Position numbers and translations under genes: made by a program | Shown: positions 11,146 to 23,365 of the stretch, one piece after another | Numbering within the stretch: the first letter of the stretch is position 1 | Layout of the letters: each line of letters opens with the position of its first letter | Notes under the pieces: generated by a model | The model's database searches: none | Told to the model about the DNA's origin: nothing | The model's input: only the letters and a program-made list of their open reading frames with translations | Source of the DNA: Mobula hypostoma | Taxonomy: Eukaryota | Reading direction: 5' to 3' | Assembly: GCF_963921235.1 (NCBI RefSeq) | Contig: NC_086109.1 | Coordinates: 36,582,001-36,646,000 of the forward strand | Length of the DNA: 64,000 nucleotides

Positions 11146-12734
11146 CCAACTATTATGCACGTATTATGTTTGTCATATATTGTTATTAAGACATTGTTGG
11201 GCCATGAATTGCCCTTATTCACATGACATAGTTATGGACAACTGCATGTATGTATTACCTTGACTTAACACCAGTTGTGAGAATGATCAGGCATGTAATG
11301 ATTCTGTATTGAATTTAATACATATTTTACTTACCTTTCTACGTTTTCACAAGTAAAAACTCATTAAAAACCCTAAAGGAAGCTTCCATCTCTGGCGGCT
11401 TTTGAGAATGTGTTTAACTCGCTGCATAGCTTAGTACATGCACACTGCAAGGGCAACAGGGGCAGTCTCAGCAAGAAATATTGTAAAAAAATAGAGGGTG
11501 GAAATATTCTTGCTGCACTATTGAACTCCCTTTTGAGGTTGGAGCTATGAATGAGGAAACATGAAAAGAAAGGCACTCTGTCTTGGTTATACATAAGAGA
11601 GTCAATAATGTGGAACAAAATCTGTAGTGTTTGGCTTCACTGGTGTAGTTACTGATGAGGCATAAAACTTTTACAGAAATTAGTAATATTCCAGAACAAT
11701 AAAATCTCAGTGAGATACCTTTTAATGTGACACTTAAAAAGGCAAAAGACAGGTATATAATTAAGCTATCTCATAAGAGTGTTCCAGCCACATTCTGTGT
11801 TGTCACTCACATTGACAGGAAAGAATAAGACATTAGCTAAATGCAGATAAGAATACTGGAACAGCATGCCTACAACAGATCTCTAAAAAGAAATTGTTTT
11901 AGATGTTAAAATGTTTCTCAAAAGATATTACCTCATCCTTTTTGGATCATGAAGAATTTTTCATTCCCATATGTCATTTCCAATCTAGCATTTAATATGT
12001 TCTAATTTCCATGTAATCTTGCATAAAATCAACTCTAATTTGAAGGTAAGCTTTATCATTTCTCTCAAAGATCAATGTCACTTTCTGGTTATGCATAGCC
12101 CCATAGTCCCATGAGTATTTGAAAGCAGTGACTATTCGCATTAACACAATAGTACACTGCCTATGATTATGGGCACTGTTTAAATCTGTGCCTGTACTTG
12201 AATTGTATTTGCTTTTTTTTTCCAGTACAGACATAATGCTGATTAAAATTGTCATGACATTCCTGTCTCCCCCAATGAATATATTAATTAGGGAATGTAC
12301 CACAGATAATTGTATTTCATGTGGAATTTGCATCTTTATTTCCAGGAGCAAACTGCAGGCCAGATTAAGATTTATTTCAGCCTATTCTTAACCAGGTCTG
12401 ACCATTCAAGCAAAAAAAAATCACATTTCTCGAAAACAGGAAAGCTTCTGCCTGAGAAAAGCTGAGCAAATGTGAAGATACCAGAGGCAAAGTGCCTTTT
12501 CCAGTGTTTTGCCTGGATCTTATTCCTATTATGAAAGCCAACCCAGGTATTAGCCTTTTGCCATGAATGAAGAAATTAGAATAACATTTTACAGAATATG
12601 ATACCGATTGCTTTGCAGTATTTTAAGTATTGTGCATGGAGTTGTTCTTTGTTGGCTTGTTAAATATTCAATTTTTCAAAGAGAGATACTTTTAAAAAAA
12701 TTGTGAAATCAAATCTAAGGAAGTTATGCCGCTG

Positions 12735-13080
12735 ATGTCCTGGTCATACAGTGACTGCCACAGATACCATCTACAAAATGCTCTGTAGTAACTCACCTGG
12801 ACTACTCCATCCACACCTCACACCCCACATTCTCTACCAAGAAGGACAAGGGCTACAGATTCATGGCAATACCACCACTTGCTAGATTCCTCTCCAAGTC
12901 ATGCCTTCCTGATTTCACCATGGCTGGTCTAAATCCTGGAACTTCCTACCCAACAGCAGATTGGGAATAGATTCAGTAGAAGACTGCAACATCTCAACAG
13001 GTTTCACCACCAACTTCTCAAAGGCTTTGAGAGATGCAAAATAAATGTCAATTTTGTAATCTATGTCCAAATCTTGAAAA
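12735..13080 (+). mobile_element. Old LINE (CR1/L2-like) 3' end
   Basis: TGGAACTTCCTACC (WN.LP) motif followed by a 3' UTR with ATAAATG. A similar short end is at about 60505-60570. Confidence 0.45.
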
Positions 13081-13174
13081 AATGAATAACATTTAATCAA
13101 AAATCTTCCTTTAATAATCATGCCATGTGCATTCAAAATACTGAGAACAACAATCAAATCCAGTTCTTTAAATT

Positions 13175-13505
13175 GGCTCAACAATTACTTTCTCCATCCA
13201 AGCAGTAAGCCTGGTCAACACTTCCACCCACTTTCCCACTGCTCCACAGCCTGCACCACCACTACTTTATCATTTCCTCTCAGAGCTATCTTTTGTATAG
13301 ACTCTCCTGTGCCTCGAGTCACTTTATGGATAAACAATCAATCTACGTATTTATATCTATTGTGTTTTTTTTATTATTGAATTCTTTATCTTATTGTGTT
13401 ACTTAATATGTTTCTTTTTGTGAATCATCGGATCCAGACTAACAATTATTTAATTCTCCTTTATACTTGCATACTGGAAATGACATTAACCAATCTTGAA
13501 TCTTC
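13175..13505 (+). mobile_element. Rex1/Babar-type LINE 3' end
   Basis: Remnant of the ORF end, T-rich UTR and a CTTGAATCTT tail. Confidence 0.5.
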
Positions 13506-13619
13506 AATAAATGAAAACTCATGATTATGTCCTGGGCCAAAAGAATCTGTTCCTGTGCTGCACACATCAAAGTTGCTGGTGAACGCAGCAGGCCAGGCAG
13601 CATCTCTAGGAAGAGGTGC

Positions 13620-13655
13620 AGTCGAAGTTTCAGGCCGAGACCCTTCGTCAGGACT
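13620..13655 (-). ncRNA. Minimal hammerhead ribozyme motif
   Basis: Minus strand reads AGTC-CTGACGA-AGG(GTCTCGG)CCT-GAAAC-TTC-GACT. Confidence 0.65.
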
Positions 13656-14320
13656 GAAGGTGTCCATGGTCATTGCTGGAGTCTGGGTTTTGAATATGCC
13701 CTGAGGTGTTGGAGCTGGCGAGATCAATGGCAGAGGCAATCTGAAGTTCATGCCTGCTAGTTTCATGGCCAGCAGGCTCTGGAGTCCGTAGATGTAGGAT
13801 CTTGCGATCTTTGCCTAACATGACAAAGTCAAAAAAACGGCGATTGCAGGTGTGAATCCAACGGAGGATGAACTAACGGGTAGGACCATTACAGATGGCG
13901 AAGAAAGTGTCCCGAAGGTGTGGAAGGGTCTGGGATAGAGACACCAAGTACCTCCTCATGGCGGAGAGAGTCGCCTTCAGAGCTTGACGGGAGAAGCGGC
14001 GAGAGGCAGAGTCAATAAAATGTGAGTACCTGGGATCCTCAGAAGGTCCAAATTGAGAGGCTCGGAAATGAATCCTAAAGCCAATTGGAGTAAGTTGGCA
14101 ACGGAGGCACGTTCCAAGAAAGGATATATGGCTGTGATAGTGAGTCTGAGTCAAAGTGTGGTCGATAAGTTGAAGAGCCGAAGAAATTACAGATGGGGAG
14201 CAGTGAGAGATGGTTTCACTGAACCCCGTCGAAGAGAGGATCTAAACTTCTTCGGTGTAGGCATCACCGGAAGAGGCTTTGCAGTAGTGAATTTGAAAAT
14301 GCAAACAACAGGAATTCAGG

Positions 14321-14356
14321 AGTCCTGACGACGGGTCTCGGCCTGAAACGTCGACT
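14321..14356 (+). ncRNA. Minimal hammerhead ribozyme motif
   Basis: AGTC-CTGACGA-CGG(GTCTCGG)CCT-GAAAC-GTC-GACT has a perfect stem I and one mismatch in stem II. Confidence 0.7.
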
Positions 14357-15074
14357 GCCCCTCTTCCTAGAGATGCTGCCTGGCCTGCTGCATTCACCAG
14401 CAACTTTGATGTGTGTTGCTTGAATTTCCAGCATCTGCAGAATTCCTGTTGTTTGTGTTCCTGTGCTGTACTCTTCTATGTGACATTGCACTATTTCATT
14501 GCTGCCTGACAACTCTGTAAGTTATTTTGCCACTTTCACATTACGTATGTCACTAATTCCTCTGTATGGCCACAGCCTGGCTGGTACATGGCTTCTCCAT
14601 TTCCTTTGCATCCACCGAGATGGTCTTGATGACCTACGAGAATCTCTTTCCCTGGCTGGGCCAGTTTTTTGCTGGTGCCCACAGGAATTGAAAGAAACAT
14701 CTGGCTTGCCTGCTGTGAGTAAATTGGCTGTCTGAGAGGGTGGGAAATAATTCAGTGATCTTGTCAAATGGAAGCATTAGGGAAATTTGCAGAAACTCAT
14801 GATTCTGTGTCTATATCTGTGTCATGTGGTCTGGCTCTCAGACCCACTTACAGTGATCCAAGTTCCAGGCTTGTACTTAATTCAGCTGGTGCACCTGGAA
14901 CAATAGGCATTTTGTCCCTTTTGTTTTCAAGATGCTCCTCATAGTCAACTCACTGGTTGTGAGCCAACTCACAAAGAAGAGGTGGAAGAGTGCAGGGCAT
15001 CTCTCTGATCCTGCAGGTCAAAGTCAGGTCCAGATATGCCTTACCTCTATTAAGGTATCAACACTTGTGGAGCT

Positions 15075-15940
15075 AAGATGTTTCCAGAGGGTGGCTTCTT
15101 CGAGCTCATCTGCAAAAACAGCTTAAATTCTTCTCTTTAATGTCTCTCTTTTTTCCCTTTTCAAGGTGGTTGGAGTTCTGCCAGGTTCTGTGATTGACAG
15201 TTGCACTCAAACTGCAGTTCTTCACGGTGGATGAGATCCCGCTCCCAGAGCTCACGGAGTGGCTGTTTTCTACATTTCCAGGAGCACCCTGGCAGACGTG
15301 TGCCTTCAGGGTGTGGCTCTGTGGTCCGGTGGATGAACTGCTTCCAATCCAGTGTCGCAGAATGAGGTGTTGAGCGAGAACGGAACATCGCGACGGCCGA
15401 TGTGAGTGTCGGAGACCTCTGTACTCAATCTGTCTGTCTCTCTCTCTCTCTCTCTCGCTTTCTTTTGGTGGGAAGAGTTCTCTGCTGATTCTCATATTTG
15501 GGAAACTCACAATAAAAGCAACATGGCAGACTACAATGTTTGTAACAGCAAGCTGTTTCTTTTGTTTGTCTTCTCTCTCTCTGTGCAAGGGGGCAACACT
15601 GTCTGTCCCTTGTTAGGCAGAGAGACAGCCTGTGGCATGTTGGTTGAACAATAGTTTTTGTTGGACTGCAGATCATGGTCTCTCTTTGGGGGTTTGCTAT
15701 TGCTTGCTTAGTGGGTAGTGGGCACTAATGCTTCCTGATGAAATAGTGGGGCAGGGGGAGGGAATAGGGTTGAAGCTTTGCTGCTTGTGAGTGGGAGGGA
15801 GTGAGGGCGATAAGGGGTTATAATGTTTTACTGTCATTCATTCTTTGGGGTTCTCTTCTGATTTTGTGGATGTCTGTGAAAAGTAAGAATTTTAAGTTGC
15901 ATACTGTGTACAGTGTCTGATCTTAAATGGAACTATTAAA
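15075..15940 (+). mobile_element. Non-coding retroposon, same family as 7303-8098
   Basis: Shared 5' segment (AAAA.AGCTT..TTCTTCT...ATGTCTCTCTTTT...AAGGTG) and shared 3' end (GTTG.ATACTGT.TACA...AACTATT). Confidence 0.7.
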
Positions 15941-15997
15941 CATGCTCACGTATGATACCTCTCAGTTTATGCACAAAACCAACCTACTGCTATGCAG

Positions 15998-18300
15998 ATC
16001 AGAATTAGAATCAGAATCAGTTTTATTATCACTAGTGTATGTCGTGAAATTTGTTGAGTTTTACGGCAGCAGTACAATGTAATACATGATTATATAAAGA
16101 AAAAACTGTGAATTACTGTTTATTACAGTATGTTTAAAATAGTTCAATTAAATAAGTTGTGCAAAAGTAGAAATAAAAAGTACTGAGGTAGTGTTCTTGC
16201 GTTCAATGTCAATTCAGAAATCAAATGCAGAGGGGAAGAAGCTGTTCCTGAATCACTGAGTGTGTGACTTCAGACTTCTGTACCTCTTTCCTGACAGTAA
16301 CAATGAGAATAGAGCTCGTCCTGGGTAATAGGGGTCCTTAATGATGGATGCCATCTTTTTGAGGCGCCGCTCTTTGAAGATGTCCTGGATACTATGGAAG
16401 CTTGTTCCCAAGATGGAAATGACTAATTTTACAACTCGCCTTAGCTCACTTCAATCCTGCACAGTAGCAGACCCCTCCCCCACCAATGCCAGATGGTGAT
16501 TCACCATTTAGAATTTAGATTCACCACTTAGAATGCTCTCCACAGCACATCAGTAGAAATTTGCATGTGTTTTAGGTGACATACTAAATCACCTCAAACT
16601 CATAAGAAAATATAGCCACTGTCTTTCCTTCTATATTGCTGCATTGATTTGATGGATCCAGGTTAAGTCATAAAGTCAAGAAGGGAAATACAGAAACATG
16701 CCCTTTGGCCCATCTAGTCCATGCCCAAACCAGTTAAACTGCCTACTCCCATTAACCTGCATTGGGATCCACGTGCTTATCCGAACTTCTCTTAAACATT
16801 GAAATCAAGCTCACATGCACCATTTCTGCTGGCAGCTCATTCATCACTCGTCCTACCCATGTCATTGGTACCTTCATCGACCACGATCTCTGGCTTTCAC
16901 GCTCCCACTTAATTGCTGAGGACGCAATTCGAGATGACCCGAACCCTGGCACCCAGGAGGCAACATCACATCCAGGAGTCTCATTCTCATTCATAGAGGC
17001 TCCTGTCCATTCCCCTAACTAATGAATCCCCTACCATCACAGTGCACCTCTTCTCCTCCCCTTCCTTTCTGTGTCACAGAGGCAGACTCAGTGCCAGAGA
17101 CCTGACCACTGTGACTTTCCTCTGTTAGGTCATCCCCCGCAACAGTATCCGAAGTGGTATACCTGTTGTTGAGAGGGCTGGCCAGAGGGGTACTCTGTAC
17201 TGACTGTATAACCCCTTTCCCCTTCCTAACTGTCAGCAAGTTTCCTGTGCCCTGTACCTTCGGTGTAACCACCTCTCTATGTGTCCTACCTATCGCCATT
17301 TCAGCCTCCCGAATGATCCGGAGTTCCAACTCCAACTCCTTAATGTGGTTTGCAAGAAGCTGCAATTGGATGCTCTTCCCACAGTTGTAGTTTTCAGGGA
17401 TATTGGAGAGGTCCTGCCTTCCCACATCCTGCAAGAGGAGCATTCAGCTCTCCTGCCTGGTATCTTTACTGTCCTAACTGAGCAAATATAAGGAAGGGAA
17501 GGGAAAAACAAAACTTTACTGAGAGATTTTCATTTTTGCTTTCTCTGACTGAAGCTTCTGTATGCTTAAGACTCAAAGAGCTAAAGCCTCAAGATCACCA
17601 CTCTGACTCTGTCACACTCAACCAATGCCTCTGCCCTTCTTTAATTTCCCCTTTCAAATCCATTCCAGATAATGATTGGTCGCCAATCAGAGCAGAACTA
17701 CACTGCTGCGATCTGCCACCGCCTTTTTCTACTCACACAGTGAGCCTGAGTGAAATCCCCTCCTCGCAAACTTCTGATATCCAGATTGGTCGCTGGTCAG
17801 AGCTCAATTACTCAGAGATATTGACACCCAGCAACTTGAAATTGCTCACTCTTTCCACTTCTGATCCTTCTATAAGGACTGGTGTGTGTTCTCTTGTTTT
17901 ACCTTTTCTGAAGTCCACATTCAGTTCTTTGGTCTTACTGACATTGAGAGCAAGGTTGCTAGTGTGATAACACTCAGCTAGTTGGTATATCTCACTCCAG
18001 TATGTCCTCTCGTCACAATCTGAAATTCTGCCAACAATGGTTGTATCATCAGCAAATTTATACATGGCACTTGAAATTTGCCTAGCCATACGGTCATGGC
18101 TATAGAGAGAGTAGAGCAGCGGCTAAGCACACATCTCTGAGGTGCACCAGTGTTGATTGTTAACAAGGTGGAGATGTTATTTCCAACCTGCACAGACTGT
18201 GGTCTTCCAGTTAGGAAGCTGAGGATCCAGTTGCAGAGAGAGGTACAGATGCCCAGGTTCTGCAGCTTCTCGATCAGAACTGTAGTAATGATGGTGTTCA
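15998..18300 (-). mobile_element. Rex1/Babar LINE fragment (RT), split by a CR1 derivative at 16669-17810
   Basis: ORFs 17808-18089 ([11 protein letters not shown]...NVSKTKEL..DFR) and 17978-18301 ([16 protein letters not shown]...TGAPQ). The two sides rejoin in the same order as the intact homologue at 57290-57750. Confidence 0.85.
16669..17810 (-). mobile_element. Internally deleted CR1 derivative (5' UTR, ORF1 N-half, 3' terminus)
   Basis: ORF1-like ECSSCRMWE, HREVVTP and LNNRYTT are homologous to ORF1 at 30445-31236. They are fused near 16855 directly to the CR1 ORF2 end (NELPAEMV...FKR). Confidence 0.8.
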
Positions 18301-18902
18301 AAGGATAGTCTCTTTACTCACGCAGAATTGCCAGCTATTGAAGGGTTTAATGAGAGCAATATTCTTGTGTTTGATGAGAACTGCACAACAGCATAGCTCG
18401 ATAATGCCATCAATGTGCTGTTTGCTGCCATATCAGTTCAGGAAGAGCTTCAAACTCTTCCCATGTGGCAGAGATCCATTCTTCTGCTGCAATGGATGCA
18501 GAAAGAAGCGTAAACAAAAATGCTGGAAGAACTGAGTAGATTAAACAGCATTTGAGAGATTTCCTGGTATCCAGAATCAGAACAATTTAGATGCTAAGCT
18601 GCTTTTTGACAAACCCTTGCAACTAAATCCACACGGAGTCAGAGTACAAGTTGTGATCTCCTGGTTCCACACCACTGCCCACAAGAATTCAGAGACAGAC
18701 TCCATCACGCTCCTTGTCATCTCTACTCAGCCAGCAGCCTGACAATACATTCACCAACATTCATGCAAGCATCTCCATCATCATTTAGTATGTGTTAACC
18801 TCATCCAGGCTAGAAAGGGTAGCAGTTGCTAGGGCTCCCTTTCTGTGAGGGTAATCTCCCCCCTTTTCCTTAATGATTTATTGTAAATGGAGATGAATGA
18901 TT

Positions 18903-19603
18903 TGACAATAGACAATAAACAATAGGTGCAGGAGTAGGCCATTCGACCCTTTGAGCCAGCACCGCCATTCACTTTGATCATGGCTGATCATCCACAATCA
19001 GAATCCAGTTCCTGCCTTATCTACATAACCTTTGATTCCGCTATCTTTAAGAGCTCTATCCATCTCTTGCTTGAAAACATCCAGAGACTTGGCCTCCATA
19101 GACTTCTGGGGTAGAGCATTCCATATATCCACAACTCTCTGGGTGAAAAAGTTTTTCCTCAACTCCATTCTAAATGGCCTACCCCTAATTCTTAAACTGT
19201 GGCCTCTGGTCCTGGACTCTCCCATCAGTGGGAATATGCTTCCTGCCTCCAGCGTGTCCAATCCCTTAATAAGCTTATATGTTTCAATAAGATCCTCCCT
19301 CAGCCTTCTAAATTCCAGAATATACAGGCCCAGTTGCTCCAATCTTTCGACATATGATAGTCCTGCCATCCCAGGAATTAACCTTGTGAACCTACACTGC
19401 ACTCCCTCAATAGCAAGAATGTCCTTCCTCAAATTTGGAGACCAAAACTGCACACAGTACTCCAGGTGTGGTCTCACCAGGGCCCTGTACAGCTGCAGAA
19501 GGACCTCTTTGCTCTTATATTCAATTCCCCTTGTTATGAATGCCAGCATGCCATTAGCTTTCTTCACAGCCTGCTGTACTTGCAGGCTTGCTTTCAGCGA
19601 CTG
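18903..19603 (-). mobile_element. CR1 LINE 3' fragment
   Basis: ORF 18998-19615 is an RT C-terminus; (GACAATA)n tail. Confidence 0.95.
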
Positions 19604-21751
19604 ATTTGGTTTCAACTATTTTCCTTTTGCTGGTTTGATGCCTGTGCAGTGAGTAGAGGGGTAACTAGTGGGATGAGGGTAAGGGAGATGTTTGAGGCCT
19701 GTAGATTGAAGAACAGTATTACTTAGCAACAGCACACCAGTAATTTCTTCACTATTGCCTAATTTGGTTTGCTCCACATTTTATTACCATATTTGTTTTA
19801 AACTTGAATGAAAGAGGTGAACTTCAGAGCTAAGATGAGTAATTGCTCTTGATATCAAGGCAACGTAAAGAGGAAGGGCACAGAAGACTCCGGATACTGG
19901 AACCTGGAGCAAAAACACTACTGCCGCAGTAACTCAGCAGACAGGCAGCATCTGTGGAGGGAAATAGACAGTTGACATGTCGTTGGAGACTTTTTATATG
20001 AATAGAAGGGAGGGAGACAATCCTATTTGTAATTGGATAATAAAGCAGCTCTTGTTTGTGGGCAGCAAATCCTAAAGATATGTGTTGGCAAGTAATCTTT
20101 AGAACCACAAAAATGCTAGTAACGCCCATCTCAAACTTATGGATCTGATCACCTCCTGGTGATGTTACTGAATCTGTCACAGTCAAATTGTTGCAGGGAG
20201 TTTGCCTTTGACCAGAATCCCAACCGAATTGACCATCAAAGAGCCTGAGCCATCGGAAAAGAGCTTGAGGCCGAGTATCTTTTGACAATTGATCCACCAC
20301 CTGGCACCCTAAAGTACATTCATTCGTTCCCTCCATTTGTTCGTGTGAATGCAGCTTCAACCAACTTAAAGTTCTCAATAAAAATCCAGGCAAAACAATT
20401 GGTCACCATCCACCTTCCCAAGCATTAGTTGTTCTCCCCCCAACTTACTGTTGCTACAGTGTATATCATCTACAAGAGACACTCCAACAATTTGCTGAGA
20501 CTTCAACCCCCAAATGTGTATCCTCTTCTGTCCAGAGGATCGAGGACAACAAGCAAACATACTCACAATGCATTCGAGTTTGGTTGCATCAATGGAGGGG
20601 AATAAACAGTTAATATTTCATGTAAAGATTCTTGATCAGTCCTAATGAATGGACCTGGCCCAAAATGTTGACTTTTTATTCCTCTCTACAGATGCTTTCC
20701 GACTTGTTGAGTTCCTCCAGCATCTGCAGAATCTCTTGTGCTTTACACATTCAAGTTTTCCTATTTCTTTTGAGGTGCTGCACAATGCGCTGAATATTCC
20801 CAGCATTTGCTGTTTATTTCATATTTCCATCATCTGCCATATTTTGCTTCTGGACAGCGGTGAATTTGATTTGGCAGTCTGCCTATTACTTTAAAGGCAC
20901 CTAATCAATTCAAGATATTAGAGCCTATAAGGTCCCTATTTTTTGGTCTCTCCGAAAATGAAAACCAGTTTGTAAAGTTTACCCTATTGAATTACTTTAC
21001 AATGAAGCAACAAATATAGAAAAGACAAGAAAAGCCAACATTCACATATTATCATGCAAATGAATTGTGACATCAGAACTGTGAGACAAAGCAGGTTAAC
21101 CTCTGCTCCATAGTGACATCCTGTGGCCAGTGCACAAAAGTGTATGTCAATTCACAAGTTCTTTAAGAGGAATCATTGAAACAGTACCTTGGGCTTTAAA
21201 ATGACTTCATCAGCCTCCACTGTCAGAAAAACATGATAGTTGAATATTTGAGAATAACCTCCAATCATATCACTGACTTGAAACATCACAGCTATTTACA
21301 AATGCAACGAGGGTATGCTTTTATGACCTATTGACTGCAATATCACAGAACCAAGCTGAGTAGATAATGGTACAGATATAGATCTGTGTGATACAATTCA
21401 TTGCTTGGACAGGCTCTGGCAACTGAATGGTTGACTTTAGCTACTATGTAGCAAGGACATACTAATTTTAAAAATGTATAATTACATGTGTGTGGAGCTT
21501 TTGAAATTCTTTTCGTCAGAAGTGAGGGCACAGGAGTGGGATGAGCTATTAAAGGCAATACATTCCATGTAGCCTCTCCCAGGTGCACTTGCACAGTAAG
21601 ACTAGAATTGCGTAACGTTTACTGTTTTTTATAACTTTCATTCCCCATTTTGCAACATTTATTCCATGGCAATTCTCAGCTGTAGAACTGTTGGTGAGTA
21701 ACGTATACTTGCTAGATGTTAGAATGGATAAACTGAAAAGAGATGAATATC

Positions 21752-21832
21752 AACAAACAACAGGAATTCTGCAGATGCTGGAAATTCAAGCAATACATAT
21801 CAAAGTTGCTGCTGCATTCACCAGCAACTTTG
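21752..21832. mobile_element. 81-bp fold-back PLE pLTR insert with a 14-bp TSD
   Basis: TSD AAGAGATGAATATC at 21738-21751 and 21833-21846. The insert is an inverted pLTR piece (CAAAGTTGCTG / CAGCAACTTTG). Confidence 0.85.
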
Positions 21833-21899
21833 AAGAGATGAATATCTTTGTTTTTACTTATGTGTGACAGGATGAAAAATCATTTATTAAAATTATGAG

Positions 21900-22395
21900 G
21901 ACCATAAGACAGGGGCAGAATTAGGCCATACAGCCCATCAAATCTGCTTTGCCATTTCATCATGACTGATCCATTTCCCTCTCAAACCAATTCCCTTGCC
22001 TTCTTCCACGTCCTGACTAATCAAGAACCTTATCAACCTCCATCTTAAATACGCCCAAAGACTTGGCCTCCACACCCACTTGTGGCAATGAATTCCACAG
22101 ATTCGCTACATTCTGGCTAAAGAAATCCTTGCTTATCTCCATTAGAAAGGGAAGTCCGTCTACTCTGAGGCTATGCCTTCAGGTCCTAGACTCATCCACC
22201 AAGGAAACATCCTCTCCACATCCACTCAACATTCAGCAGGTTTCACTGAGTTTCTCCCCCCGCCCCCCATTCATTCTTCTAAATTCCAGCGAGTAAAGGC
22301 CCAGAGCTATCAATTGTTCATCAAAGATAAGCTTTTAATTCCTGGGATCAACCTTGTAAACCTCTTCTCAACCCTATTCAATGTCAGCACATCCT
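21900..22395 (-). mobile_element. CR1 3' fragment, degraded
   Basis: Similar to the other CR1 3' ends in the window. Confidence 0.8.
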
Positions 22396-23230
22396 AAGGT
22401 AGTCCGAGTCGAAAGCCAATTTCACTCGCTCTCCACGGTGGTCACTCCTCTCTCCATGGCACTGAGGCTATGAAGGCTGCCCCAGCTGCTGTGGTCCATG
22501 CCTGCTAATATGATAAACTGATAAGCGAGGCTTTGGCCCTACTACGGGGCTCGGATCTGAGGACTTAATTTGGTTAGGAATGTTCTTGTTCACTTCAATT
22601 GTTTGCATGGTTTGTGGTGTTTTTTTCCCCTCTTTCTCCTCCACATCGAGTATGGGTCTTTTATTTTTCTTTAATTGGGTTTACTCAGGTTTCAAGCTTT
22701 GTGGCTACCCTTAAGAAAACAAATCTCAAGGTTGTATCTTAAGCTTATATATTCTTTGATAATAAATGTATTTCAAATCTTTGAAAACTCCTCACAATAC
22801 TCCAAGTGAGGCCTCACCAGTGCCTTATAAAGCCTTATAAAGAAAGAAATGCAATTATTGACTTGTTTCAGATTGGGAACCAAATAAGAAGCACACAGAG
22901 TGTGGTAGTTTTTCTTTGTCACTGAGTGTTGCCTTTGAACTTCGACACTTTGCATCTCTGTGCTGTGTTACAATTGTGTGATAAAGAAACGGTTTAACAA
23001 ACTGAAAAAAAGATAAACAGACTGAAGTGTGAAATGTGCGATCTTCAGAACTTGCCCTAAGTCTACACAGTCACGTTATTGAAATAACGAAGTTCATGAG
23101 CAACAGTGGAAGTGCAACATTACCTAGACCGAATCACTCCCCTTCACTGTTACCAATGCAACTCTCACCTGAATCTCCCCTATTTCCTGCAATTTTGCCT
23201 CATCCCATCACACCCCCACACCCATTGAAA

Positions 23231-23365
23231 TAACAGGGATAAGATTTCACTTGTCCTCACCTACAATCCCACATCTGCATCCAACACACATTTCCATAAC
23301 TTCCATCAACTCCAATGGGATTTGACTACCAAGCATATCTTACCATCCTTCCTTCACTCGCTGCT
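23231..23365 (+). mobile_element. PLE ORF fragment (RT-endonuclease linker)
   Basis: Reads NRDKISLVLTYNP ... HNFHQLQWDLTTKHI. Confidence 0.55.

Larger units (their letters stand above)
13561..14455 (-). mobile_element. Penelope-like insertion: ORF N-terminus between two oppositely oriented pLTRs, 13-bp TSD
   Basis: TSD TGTTCCTGTGCTG at 13548-13560 and 14456-14468. pLTR (-) at 13561-13655 and pLTR (+) at 14321-14455. ORF 13873-14154 (HISFLGTCL...TPIGF) resembles a PLE ORF N-terminus. Confidence 0.85.

Noticed and set aside
11336..11373. Small minus-strand exon with a perfect AAG/GTAAGT donor
   Set aside because: Stops in all three frames and a weak acceptor, with no other support.
19830..20393. 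187-aa minus-strand ORF as a host gene
   Set aside because: No recognisable domain or convincing splice sites, and its end runs into a decayed PLE pLTR.
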